From assembly GCF_027921745.1 (NCBI RefSeq), contig NC_079240.1, positions 1,178,001 through 1,242,000 of the forward strand: a stretch of 64,000 bases of DNA, written 5' to 3'. The DNA comes from Schizosaccharomyces osmophilus (taxonomy: Eukaryota). Below the pieces are notes generated by a model that saw only the letters and a list, made by a program, of their open reading frames with translations, made no database searches and was not told the DNA's origin. Within the stretch, counting starts at the first letter, position 1, and each line of letters starts with the position of its first letter. The position numbers and the translations under genes are program-made. Shown one piece after another: positions 1 through 11,055 of this stretch.

Positions 1-215
1 GAGCTTCCGTCATATAATTCGTTATCTTGTTTTCTTTATATTCTTTTGCATCAATACTTCTTCTTTCAAACTATGCTGCATATGGTTTTCAACTGATAAT
101 CCCGTAATTTACAATCTCCTAAATTCACATCTCCAAACGTAACAGCAGATGTTGTTAATTTATATTAGCAATTAAGCCAACATAGGTCGCATTTAATACA
201 ATGCTTGTAACAAAT

Positions 216-289
216 GGTCGCATGATGTAGTTGGTTATCATGTCGATCTAATAAGTCGAATGTCGCCAGTTCGAGCCTGGCTGTGACCA
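216..289 (+). tRNA. tRNA-Ile(AAT)
   Basis: GGTCGCA...TGTGACCA cloverleaf, anticodon loop CT-AAT-AA, T-loop GTTCGAG, downstream T-run terminator. Confidence 0.97.
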
Positions 290-564
290 TTAATTTTTTT
301 ATTTTTTTATTTTTTTTATTTCAAATCCATTTCATTTGCTCTTTGATTGAATTATTTGTTGATCTTTTGTTGAAGCAATGTCTTTTTATTGCATAGTGCC
401 AACATAGTGTAAAACACCCTTTATGATAAACCCAGTGAACGCAATATATAAAATTTATAACAAACAAACCAAAATTGTAACACTGGAACAAGAGCAAAAA
501 AAAGCAAAATAGTGAAACAATGAAATAACGACAAAACGGAAAAAAAAGAAAAAAAAGAAAAACT

Positions 565-638
565 TGGACAAGCCAGAACTCGAATCTGGGACCTCTTCCA
601 TGCTAAGGAAGCGTGATAACCATCTACACCACATGCCC
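565..638 (-). tRNA. tRNA-Ala(AGC)
   Basis: Reverse complement GGGCATGTGGTGTAGATGG...TT-AGC-AT...GATTCGAG...TTGTCCA. Confidence 0.97.
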
Positions 639-1033
639 TTGGTTGATAACATTAGGATAAATAAAATATATTAAAGCAAGTAAAATAAAGAATGAAGTTT
701 TATCACTTGTTCCTTTGCAAAGTACTCATACGTATATTCAATTCATTCATCTTTCTATATCATATTATATGTATTGGTTCTCACACGATACGCAGAAGCA
801 GAAACAAAAAAGTATTGCATTATTGTTATTGCCATCGTTATTAGCTGTTTAGTTATTTATTTTGAAATTGAAATTGACATTGACATTGAAATTGAACTGA
901 ATTTTGATTGTTGATTGTTAAATGTTAAATGTTGAATACTGAATATTGAATATTGAATATTGAGAACGGCCTAGCAAAGAAATAATAATAATAGTAAAGC
1001 AACGAAATTAATTCATAATATTCGTACACAGGT

Positions 1034-1156
1034 AATGAACAAACACTGATTGAGACAATCAGAGAAATACATAACCACAGAAACTGCTTCAGTATGAGTG
1101 TCTGTCTCCTTTGCCTTTGCAGGAAACCTTGGGAGCGAAATGCCCTTACCATCTAA
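1034..1156 (+). mobile_element. Decayed Ty3/gypsy integrase fragment (first Zn-finger His and PLP...PWE region)
   Basis: Translates TIREIHNH, then PLPL and (shifted frame) KPWER; resembles integrase I.xE.H and PLP.xRPWE motifs with an internal deletion. Confidence 0.5.
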
Positions 1157-1192
1157 GTTGTAAACGTAAAGAACAGGAAGTCCTTCAACGAA

Positions 1193-1275
1193 GGCCGTGT
1201 GGTTTAGATGGTTATAATTTCTGCTTAACATTTAATGTTCGCAGACGGTCCCAAGTTCGAGTCTTGGCACGGTCA
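1193..1275 (+). tRNA. tRNA-Val(AAC) with 9-nt intron (1231-1239)
   Basis: GGCCGTG...CACGGTCA; anticodon AAC followed by extra TTTAATGTT at the canonical 37/38 position. Confidence 0.95.
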
Positions 1276-1647
1276 TAGCCTTCACTTTTTTCAACTTTTC
1301 TTTTTTTTTTAGAACCATCCAATGGATGATGAATGTTTATTTTTTTTTCTACATCTATGCTATTATCCTATTCATTGTTGAATGGTTTCATTTAGTTTGC
1401 TTAGTGTCAGTTTACTAGCAATTTTTTGTCTCATTTCACCTGATAGCATGCATCATCATCATCTACTTGCACTTAATGAATATGACTCTGAGTGAACAGT
1501 CAAATATGAAGAAAACCATGTACAAAGCAGTATTAGAAACGCAAAATCGAATGGCGTTCTCAACTGCAAGGAAGAACCCGAGTATGAGGAAAAAACGAAA
1601 AAACGAAAAAAAAATAAAAAATAAAAAACCGCACAAAAAAAGAATCA

Positions 1648-1718
1648 CTCTCCCTCCGGGATTCGAACCCGGGCTGCCAGCGTGACAGGCTGGTGTACTA
1701 CCCCTATACTAAGGAAGA
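1648..1718 (-). tRNA. tRNA-Asp(GTC)
   Basis: Reverse complement TCTTCCTTAGTATAGGGG...CT-GTC-AC...GGTTCGAATCC...GGGAGAG. Confidence 0.97.
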
Positions 1719-2399
1719 TTTGTTAAAAGAACTTGCGTTATAATGTTATATCTATATCCTTTTTTGTCATAACTATTAAATAATCAATTTGCAAAAACGG
1801 TGTAGAACCTTGGTAGCTTGTTAATGATCTTGTAAATTCACATTGCCATCGAAGCGCTATTTTAATGTTAGACAGTTCCAATAGCAGAGTATGTATTTTT
1901 ATTGTAATCTTGTCAATTCATTTCGGTGCAATACATCCTACCCTGAGATCGCCAATCAACAGCGAATCGCATAATCAAACGAGTTCCATCTCGTACATTA
2001 CTTCAATTACCTTTTCACACCTGCCGTACTGCTTATTACCTTTAGCAAATACAAATGGGGAGAAAGAAGAGGACAGAGAGCCAGTAATAGAATGACCGTT
2101 CACTCATCATTGATTTGATCCATTTAATGTGTTGTTATAAACATATTTTAACATATTTTAGTGTTCTTCTGTGCACTGCGAACAGCTGCAGTGTATTATT
2201 ACTATATATATTCAAAATAAAATGATACATGTTATTATATTGTGATTGTAAGTTTAACAGCACGATATATTCTACACCTTAATATAATTAATATTGCTAT
2301 GTTTACGCACTAAAGCACAAAATATTCTTTGGCTAATTATTGCAAGAAAAGATTGTTTTTCCTTGTATTTGACTTTTCTTTTAGCTCCTTTGATAGACC

Positions 2400-3310
2400 A
2401 AATCTTTATATGACTGCCATTATAGTATTAGTTTTTCCTGTCTATCCCAAATACCAGAGAAAAGCATTTGAAATGGGAGAAACCCCAGTGTTTCTCAGAG
2501 TTGAAATGATACTTTTGTTAAGGAGAGAGCTTTCAGCAATTAAGATTACTCGCATAAAATATCAAAAAATGTGTTGCAAGAATTGGTACATAATCGGTTT
2601 AATGAAGTAAACAAGTTTCTTTAGGCTAACTAAATCTATTATATGAATATTCCAGCTTTGTATAGCGGTCAGGTAGAAAGCATTTTATATCAAGGGAGAC
2701 CATAAGAACGTTAATCCCCATACCCAAAACAATCGTTTATTGAATTATTCCAACAAAACATGCAATTTTTTACAGCTGAAGACTGGCTTGCGACACAATA
2801 TACCACAATCTCACCCACAAATGAGGACGGTCAGAACCAAATTGATCGTATAGCCATGTCGTAGCACTACTTTTCTGGACGCTCTCAAAGATAAAGGCAA
2901 TAGGTGCCGCACTAGAATATTTAGATTATCTATATCCGTTGATTGGAATATGCAGATATTAAGGATTTGCAACTCACTCAATTACCCGAAAATACATACG
3001 AAAAGCGAATAAAGATATAGAAAGTACTTCGAAATTGGAAACATAATCTTTATTATTTCAACCGAATGATCAGCTTCCAATTAAAAATTGAAAGAGTAAA
3101 AGCTTTTATGTAATAAATGGATCAACTGGAACCGGCATTCGTGGAACTGTACAAAAAACGAATATAGAAATGAGAAGAAATTACTAAATAAAAATTTCTG
3201 TTGCAAATCCGCAGACGGTATTATGCTGCTTTCACATTTACGACTTGAATATACTGTATGGATCTTCAAGCATATAACTTTATACTACCATTGCCATTGC
3301 CATAGGCATT
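2400..3310 (+). mobile_element. Decayed Ty3/gypsy pol (RT - RNase H - integrase N-terminus)
   Basis: Collinear degenerate motifs across frames: LYMTAIIV (YxDD-like, 2404), REKHLK, YYMNIP (2637), LQLKTGL (2770), KAIGAALE (2894), TYEK..I*KVLRNWKHNLL (2994-3053), GIRGTVQKT...RRNY (3134), LPLP (~3285). Confidence 0.75.
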
Positions 3311-3675
3311 GTCGTTGTCGTTGTATGATAAATAGTAGTTTTGCTTGTTAAAAAGTGTTTCAATACCAAACAGAAATTATTAAGTGGAGCATTGACAAAA
3401 AACAGACCTTGTCTAGAATCAATGGTTTGTTTGCAGAATTTATGTAAAGCATTGATTGCTAACATACTAGCAGAAGTTCCTTTTAGGTTTGTGGTCCACT
3501 GATGTTGACATTTAGGTTGCCTGATAATCAACATGGAAAGCTTATTTATGAGGAGGCTTTTAGAAATTTCCTATGAATAGCGACCATTTTTTTTCTTTAG
3601 CGTAATATGTTTTGCACGTAGATATTTCCGAGACCGGCTGGGTGATTATTTATTAATGAAAACCAAGAAAAAATT

Positions 3676-3749
3676 TGGACAAGCCAGAACTCGAATCTGG
3701 GACCTCTTCCATGCTAAGGAAGCGTGATAACCATCTACACCACATGCCC
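3676..3749 (-). tRNA. tRNA-Ala(AGC), second copy
   Basis: Identical to 565-638. Confidence 0.97.
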
Positions 3750-4029
3750 TATTACAATCATGATGGTTTTGTATGTATAAATAGACAGTATCAATGTTAT
3801 CTATTGGCTGCAAATAAAGCGCTGTCTGCCAGTGAATGATACCTCTCAAATGCATTCGCTCATGAAAAATGGTTATTACCTCAATATATATATATGTATG
3901 TACTGATGTTTGTTATGGTTATTAAAATTTAAAATAATATTGGGGCGAAAAGTTATTCCCTTTACTGACCTGACTCCATACCTGACGAGTAATTAAATAA
4001 ATTCACAAATTAAAAATCTCGTCTTTACC

Positions 4030-4211
4030 CCCAAAATAACCATCATTTGATGGGAAATCATGCTGATATGTATTATTTCTTTCCGGCGTTCATTTTTGCG
4101 AGCCAAAAGTTACAGATCAGCCTCATATTACAGGTTTTCGAGTTTCTGTTTTCAATTCATGTTGCAATGGAAGGATTTCATTGTAAAGTAGCATTTGGAA
4201 AAGATTTCTTT
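4030..4211 (+). mobile_element. Possible decayed retrotransposon aspartic protease
   Basis: VLFLSGV (ALIDSGA-like, 4070) followed by CKVAFGKDFF (ILGxDFL-like, ending ~4211) in a different frame. Confidence 0.4.
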
Positions 4212-4538
4212 TAGTGATTTTGTCTCATGATACCATTCTTACGAGAAGGGACATTAAGCTTATTGAGTGCAAGATGGACGACGAGCTAGAATTATGTGAT
4301 AAACATTGTAAAAACGTAGGAGGAGGATATGAGTTATATAAACAGCCAGCCAAGTATGTGGATGCTCAAGTGAGTTATTTGTTTCGGTAGAGGTAGAGGT
4401 AGAGGTAGCAACAAAAACTTTACCTTAAAAATTATACATAATGTTTATGCTTTTGTAGTCAATAAATAAAGAAACAAACGTTACCCGATTCAGTGTTCAG
4501 CGTAGCGTGCAGTGGTTTCAATCATTAATTTTCATTAT

Positions 4539-4579
<41 letters not shown>

Positions 4580-4630
4580 TCATTCTTACGATGAAGGAAG
4601 ATGAACGCCATTTCGTATTACTTTGTTTGG

Positions 4631-4675
4631 ATTCAATTCAATTCAATTCAATTCAATTCAATTCAATTCAATTCA
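4631..4675. repeat. (ATTCA)9 microsatellite; poly-A tract nearby at 4546-4574
   Basis: Directly visible. Confidence 0.95.
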
Positions 4676-4761
4676 ATGACAAACGTATGTGTAACACAAA
4701 CCCCGTATACTATTAAAGTAAGTTATGAATAGTATAGATAGCTTAAAAAAGATAGAGAGTT

Positions 4762-4880
4762 GTCTACGGCCATACCTAGGCGAAAACACCAGTTCCCGTC
4801 CGATCACTGCAGTTAAGCGTCTGAGGGCCTCGTTAGTACTATGGTTGGAGACAACATGGGAATCCGGGGTGCTGTAGGCT
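4762..4880 (+). rRNA. 5S rRNA
   Basis: 119 nt GTCTACGGCCATACCTAGGCG...GTGCTGTAGGCT, typical fission-yeast 5S; T-run follows after 7 nt. Confidence 0.98.
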
Positions 4881-4961
4881 CCCTCACTTTTTTGTCTATT
4901 TCTTTCTATTTATTTTCTTTTTTTTTTTAACTTACTTATAAAACGAAATGTGACTCATTCC

Positions 4962-5466
4962 ATCCCGAGACCACCCACAGTGGAACTTCCCATGGATAGC
5001 GTTAGTGTTTTTCAATTTATTGAGAATTATGAATGTTTTGAGGTTTAAAAAAGCTCAAGTTCTTTAGAGACTGCCAATTGGTACGAGGAATTGAAAAAAG
5101 CATTGAGAGGATTGCATCAAGCCATTCTACAAACAATGTGAAGCATGGTGGTATTATCAATACATAGGATACAACTTGTACGTGAGTCCGATCTCGATAT
5201 CGTGCTAGAATAGATAGTTTATTTACTGCCTCTTTTGAACTCTATTAAAATTTTCAATTATCGAAGTGGTGGAACATTTGCCAAAACTTAAACGTATGAA
5301 AAGTACTTGGTAACTTATACTCTCAATAAACACCTTATTAAAGGTCCACTGTTTTTTGGATTGGACTTGATGTCTTTCATAATTTAACTTCCTATAGTAA
5401 CTACTCTGCTTATTTTTAGTCATTAACACTTTAAAAATAGATATTAAAGTTGGGTCATATTGAGTG
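4962..5466 (+). mobile_element. Decayed Ty3/gypsy integrase core
   Basis: IPRP..ELPMD-x10-Y, ETANWYEE...ALRGLHQAIL (TA...G.P..I spacing), NT*..V...Y...I.S....FELY, IKVGSY*V; same order as the integrase core. Confidence 0.7.
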
Positions 5467-5518
5467 AACATTCGTTTTTTTTTTTCAAAAGTTATTTTCA
5501 ACAAAAGAAAAAAATATT

Positions 5519-5590
5519 TTCCGTTGCGGGGAGTCGAACCCCGGCCGCGTCGGTGAAAGCGACGAATCCTAGCCGTTGGACCACAACGGA
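5519..5590 (-). tRNA. tRNA-Glu(TTC)
   Basis: Reverse complement TCCGTTGTGGTCCAACGG...CT-TTC-AC...GGTTCGACTCC...AACGGA. Confidence 0.97.
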
Positions 5591-6048
5591 TCGTTGAAGT
5601 GATTTTGTTTTGGATATATATATTGGCCTTTTTAATTTAAGTGTGAATTAAATACAATCAAATGAAAGAGAAGGCGTGAGTTAAAATGACCCCAAGGCAA
5701 TGATTAGAGTATAAACAGGTACAAATAAGACCCATGTATAACGCTACACCTAGTTCCTTTAAAACATGGGCCACTTAACGTTCAATTGACGAAGATCTAT
5801 AGAATAGCAATAGAAAAATTCTTTTTTTATTTTTTTAATAAAAAGAACAAATTATATAAAAAAGAATAACATTACTTATGTTGGGAATAATTCTGCGTCC
5901 ATTTGGTTCTGTACTAGATACAGACGTATCTGTAGCATTTAAACAACTCCCACTTCTTCAACATTGATTTACTGCTAAAGATTTCATCTAGAGACAAAAC
6001 AAGACAAATATACTTTATCGTTTAATATTTTTCCTTGTTCTTGAATGA

Positions 6049-6555
6049 AAGCATGCTCTCAAGGACAACATCTATCATCATCTATTTAACCCTGGCTTTT
6101 CTCTTATTGCACACTGCCAAGTCTGCGCATGGGTTTATTACCACTTCTCATGCGTATGAATCGCTTCCTATTGCTGTAAGTAAATGAATTTCCCTTCGAA
6201 GACTTTAGGGCTGACTTTTGCCAATAGATAAAGATTGAGTGTCTAACGATCACCGTATTATTTTCCTTGCTGACTATTTCCACTGCAGCTCCTTTGCGCT
6301 GCATAGTATTGAGCAAGTGGACGACAAAATCAATGGACAATTCATACCTTTCCTATAGGATTAATTTTCTCAGAATCAAAGAATTGAGAGATACCTACGT
6401 TCCGAGTGCTACAAAAAAAACTTGAGATAACTATCATCTATTTCGCTATAGCCAGAATTAATTATACCTCTTGAGAATAGTTATTTATAGAGAAATGCAA
6501 ACATTGGTGGATCAAAATGAGTGTTGAATGAATAAGAATAATCTCTTTGAACTCC
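6049..6555 (+). mobile_element. Decayed Ty3/gypsy integrase (Zn finger plus core)
   Basis: YHHLFNPG...IAHCQVC (HHCC-like), LPIAVSK*ISL, NDHRIIFLADYF, NQRIERYLRSEC, T*DNY, LFEL. Confidence 0.75.
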
Positions 6556-6657
6556 CATCTCAGAGAATAATATTTATAATTTATTTTTACTGACAAAATC
6601 GTGCATTCTGATATATCATAATCCCAGTACCCGAGTTATCTAAAGCAACATGAATGC

Positions 6658-9600
6658 TTACATCGTTTCTCGTACAATCTGGTTTTGCGTTAGTTTTCGT
6701 TTCAATCAGAAGATTTAGGGACTTACAATGCTTTTCTGATTCGCGTCTCTTTTAACTTTATAATAATAACCACAGTATGCGTCTGTATTAACTAAACGGA
6801 TAAACTGCTCATCGTGAGTAATAATAATTAGCTGAAAGTTTGCTTGTCGCCTTCTAAAGTCCACGATTTTAGATAAACTTTTTGCTAAGCTCATAATATT
6901 TTCTTCATCCAAATTCGTTGTAGGCTCATCAAGGGCTAGAATTCCACAGTTAACTCCTAGACATTCTGCCAAGGCAAGGCGAATTATAATACAGGCCAGA
7001 ACCTTCTGACCAGCACTGCATCGTCCTCTCATATCCAATTCGGCGTCTCCCTTTACCATGCAAACCCTATAATTATAAGAGCGGTTTCCCTTTCCTTCGG
7101 CGTCTGAGCGAATTAGAATTGTATCAATGTCTGTACCACAGTAAGTCTGTTTCCATAATTCATCTACAATTCTATTGATTTCATTCATTTTTAATGAATG
7201 GAGTTGCATAATGGCAATATCTAAAGCTTTTGCATATTTGCCTATATCATCATTAGCTTTATCAGTCGTCCTGGTCTTTATTAATTGGCGGCGATAACGT
7301 TCATCTGAATCTTTAAATTCGAGGTTTAAATCTTGAGTTAATTGATTTACACCAGAATCAAGTTGCCGACATTCACCTAATAACCCGGCGCGCTCAGCAT
7401 TTAGTGCTCCATATTGCATTTTCAAAGACTCCATTTCATCACGGAAAGCCTCTCTATTTGTCTTCGCTTGTTGAGATATCAGGCTATTTTTCTTTTCCAA
7501 GGCCTCCAGAAACTGACTGTGTAATCGGCGAAGACGTAAGTTGTCCGAAATGTTGCGTTCTCTAGAACGCAAGTCAGCCAATTTTTCCTGAATGTTCTTA
7601 ATCTTTTGAGTGCTAGCATTCAGTTCAGATAAATCGTATTCAACAGTTCGAAAAAGGCCATCCTTCTCTTTTACTAGACGATCTAATTCAGATTTTATAT
7701 CGATTTGCAACTCTCTATTCCAATCTTGTAATTGTTGAAGAAACCCGTTCTTATCTTGCAATAGTGATCGGCTCTTTTCCTCAAATTTTTCAAGATCATT
7801 CTCCAAACTAAGCATTTCGTCATTAAGTCTATTAAACAATGGCCGTTGTTCATCGCAAGACTGTTTAGTATCTTCGAGATCTCTTCGCATTTTTATTTTC
7901 TTCTCATCGCAATTTTTTATCTCAACTTCTAGTTGATGTAACTCATTTATTTTGAGTTTTAAATCTGAGAATTTAACCTCCCTTTCCTTGTTAGCGATAT
8001 TCACATTGTCAAGCTCCTTTCTTTGCTTGGCCTCTTCATAAATTATTGTCTCCAATTTTTTTTTTGAAGCTTTGTTCATCTCTGCAACCTTCTTTCGTTC
8101 CAGACTAATTTGGTTTATATCCAATTCCTTATACGATGGACTAAGTTGAGCCTGAAGGTCTGAAACGTGCGAATTACACTTCTCAGTTTCCTCATTCAGA
8201 CGATTAATATCTTTTAACTTGAAGTTTAAGCTTTCAAAAGCCTCGTGTTTTTTGCTGATATCTTTCAACTGAAAATCCAGGGTGGCAGCTTGCTCTTTTG
8301 CATTTCCTAACTGCTGTTCTGTTATAGTCAGAATATCAGATTTTTCCTTCATCGAATTCTTTATAAATTTTGCTTCCTCAATAAGGGGAATTACATCACT
8401 TAGCTCTTTTCTCTCTTTATTCAATATCTCCAGTTGGTCGGTTACATCTGACAATTTCCCAGGAATATTTTCTATCATCGCACGGCAATGTTCAACAAAA
8501 GCAGCTTCTTCATCGTTTTCAAACAATCTTTGACATAGTTGACAGGCATGGTGTGAATCAGACATCTGAATTGCCTTTTCGTAGAAACTTATACCAAATT
8601 GTAAGGAGTGAGCTGTTCGTTTACTATCTTCAATCCTTGAGTCCAAACTCTGAATATTTTCATTGTGCTCATCCAAGTTAATTGAGCGATACCGACTTAA
8701 CTGAGCCTTTTCATTATTTCGAAACTCCAAATCCGATAGTTCTTTGCGATAAGTACTAAACTTATATTCAAGTTCAACAACAGTGGCGTTTGCGGCGTTC
8801 AGTTTTTTCTTTGATTCATCTATAGTCACCTGGGACTTTTGTAAAGAGGCATTTAATTTTTCATCATATTCACTGACAGTATGAAGGTCAAGGGAGGTTA
8901 ATTCAAAGAATCGCTGCTTGAAACATTCTCCAGCTTCTTTTACGTCAGCCAATAACTTTTCCCTTGTCTCTATTAGCAATTGTAGTTTTGAGTGGATGTT
9001 GGCATTATCATGAAATTTATCAATCAATGAAGCAAAGTTTTCGAGTTCTTTCTCGCTATCGAGTATCCCCATTTTCTCTTCGTCAATTTTTTTATTCCAT
9101 TCATTGCCTTCGTACACTGTTCGAGCATCCTGAAATTCTTTTTCTCCTCGTTTTAGCTCTTCTGATAAAGCATCCCTCGTTTGAGCCATATGCTTGAGAT
9201 CTTGGATACGCGATTGAATATATATTATATTACTTTGATTATTCTTTATGGAATCTTCCAAACCTGCAATGGTTTTTTGCAGATACATCTCATGAGCTTT
9301 TAGCCCCTCAATTCGAGCACCTCTCTCTTTTCTTTTATCTCGAATTTGTTGTACAATTCTTTTGTTTTCAGACATACTTGAATCAAAATGTTCAACATAT
9401 TTTGTTATAACTTCGTTTTCATCCTGCTCCGAAAACCCATGTGAGCTAGCAATATTCTCCAAAGTTTCCCGTTTTCTACGTTTCGTTCGTTCCAGAGATA
9501 CTAACTCTCCTTCAGCACGTCCTAAATTAGCCGAGAGCGTTTCCATCTTTTTCCTGTTTTCAGTTATTTGAACCTCGGTTGAAGACTTGTTATTTTCAAG

Positions 9601-10642
9601 TTCTAACAGAAGGTTTTGTTCAGTTTCTACTTGCCCATTGAAATTTCTAGATATTTTCTCCAATTCATCCGTAGTGTTGTTCATTTCAACCATATGAAGC
9701 TTTAGGTCTTCTATACTCGAAGCCAGAAAAGTGCAGTGGTTTTCAAACTGAGATATGGCAACCTCTTTTTGTTCGAATTCTTCAGTGGATCTGAAAAGCT
9801 CATCCTGAAGTTTTGCTGTATGAGATATCTTATGATCCAGTTCTTCAATTCTGTGGTTGATAAATGAGATGCGTTTCTGGGAACCGTGAAGTTGCAACCT
9901 TATTTTTTCAGCTCGTTCTTTGTCTGACCGAAAATGTACTAAGTTGGCTTGATCAACTTTGATTTGATTTTCCTGGTCACGCCTTACGTTCTTTAGTTGC
10001 TCGAGGGCTTTTGCGTATTTCATAGATTCAAAAATCTCGTCAAATCGCTTTTTTAAATTCGAGGGTTCACTTAAAGGCCAAAAACTTTCTTCTTGGTGAC
10101 AAAATATAACATAATCAAGCAGTGCTCTACTGACACCGAGACTTAGAGGGATTTGTAAATCTAACTCTGCACATCGATTGCTGATAGTACTACGCTCACC
10201 ATCATTGACAATCAACAACTGCCCGTCAAGGGTCTTCTGCTGTCTTGTGGTCTTTTTAACTAGCAATTGTAATGATCGTGTACATATCATCCTTATTTGA
10301 TTTGTGTTTTTAAACGCTAGTTTCACTTGCGCCAAAACCTCTTTCTCACCACACAACTATAGTTGTAAGCAAGAATGGCCCATGTAGAAGAAGCTTACCT
10401 TTGGATCATGAATGAATGCACCACCTTTGGTGTTTGGAGGAAGTATTCCTGTCGTAGCATATTTTAAACATTCTATAATGGTCTGAAAGTTAGAATTCAC
10501 GAAATAAATTATCACATACTGTTTTTCCTGAACCATTTTGACCAACGATTAATGTCAAAGGAGAAAAAAACTGGATACTTTCTCTTGATCGACTATCGAA
10601 AGATCGAATGCCCATAATGGACATCTTGTCAATGCAAGACAT
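6658..10642 (-). CDS. rad50: DNA repair ATPase Rad50; introns 10483-10519, 10357-10398, 6679-6726
   Basis: Walker A GQNGSGKT, Zn hook CQLC, signature [15 protein letters not shown]; canonical splice signals. Confidence 0.97.
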
Positions 10643-10759
10643 CTTGTAAATTTAAGCAATTCTATTGTAGCAAAGCAAACATATATGAAACTGCAATACG
10701 GAAAAAGCAATTGTGTATTGAAGAATAGCAATTCTAAGTTTCATGTATAGAACAAAGCA

Positions 10760-10765
10760 ACGCGT
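10760..10765. promoter_or_regulatory. MCB element upstream of rad50
   Basis: ACGCGT ~120 bp upstream of the ATG. Confidence 0.45.
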
Positions 10766-11055
10766 ATGCTGGAAGCTGTCTTGACATTCGTGTTTAACGA
10801 ATTGCATTGAAATATCGACTACGTGGCTTAGTAGAAATAACGCAAAAGATGAATCGTCTTCCCATTAATCAAATCATGTTTTACATGGTATATAAATGGT
10901 TATGTGTGCTTACTCAATGTCGATGTATAGACTGTACAAATTTTTACGAGCAAATAAGAATCATTAATCACATTTTCGATTTCATAGCAGGTAAGCACTC
11001 AATATTATCCTATCAATGACTAGATAAATTCACTTTAACTCCTGAGAAAAGCTGC

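Noticed and set aside
864..963. Short tandem repeats (AATTGA, TATTGAA) resembling an array
   Set aside because: Simple microsatellites with no spacers; eukaryotic DNA, not CRISPR.
1865..2095. Possible further retroelement fragment upstream of tRNA-Asp
   Set aside because: Only a weak TSYP..NQQ resemblance to integrase; not supportable.
4300..5500. wtf meiotic-driver gene beside the 5S gene
   Set aside because: wtf genes associate with 5S in this clade, but no multi-exon transmembrane ORF is visible; the flank reads as integrase debris.
455..5504. Short ORF-track ORFs in the tRNA cluster
   Set aside because: Low-complexity frames running over tRNAs, homopolymers or transposon debris; not genes.
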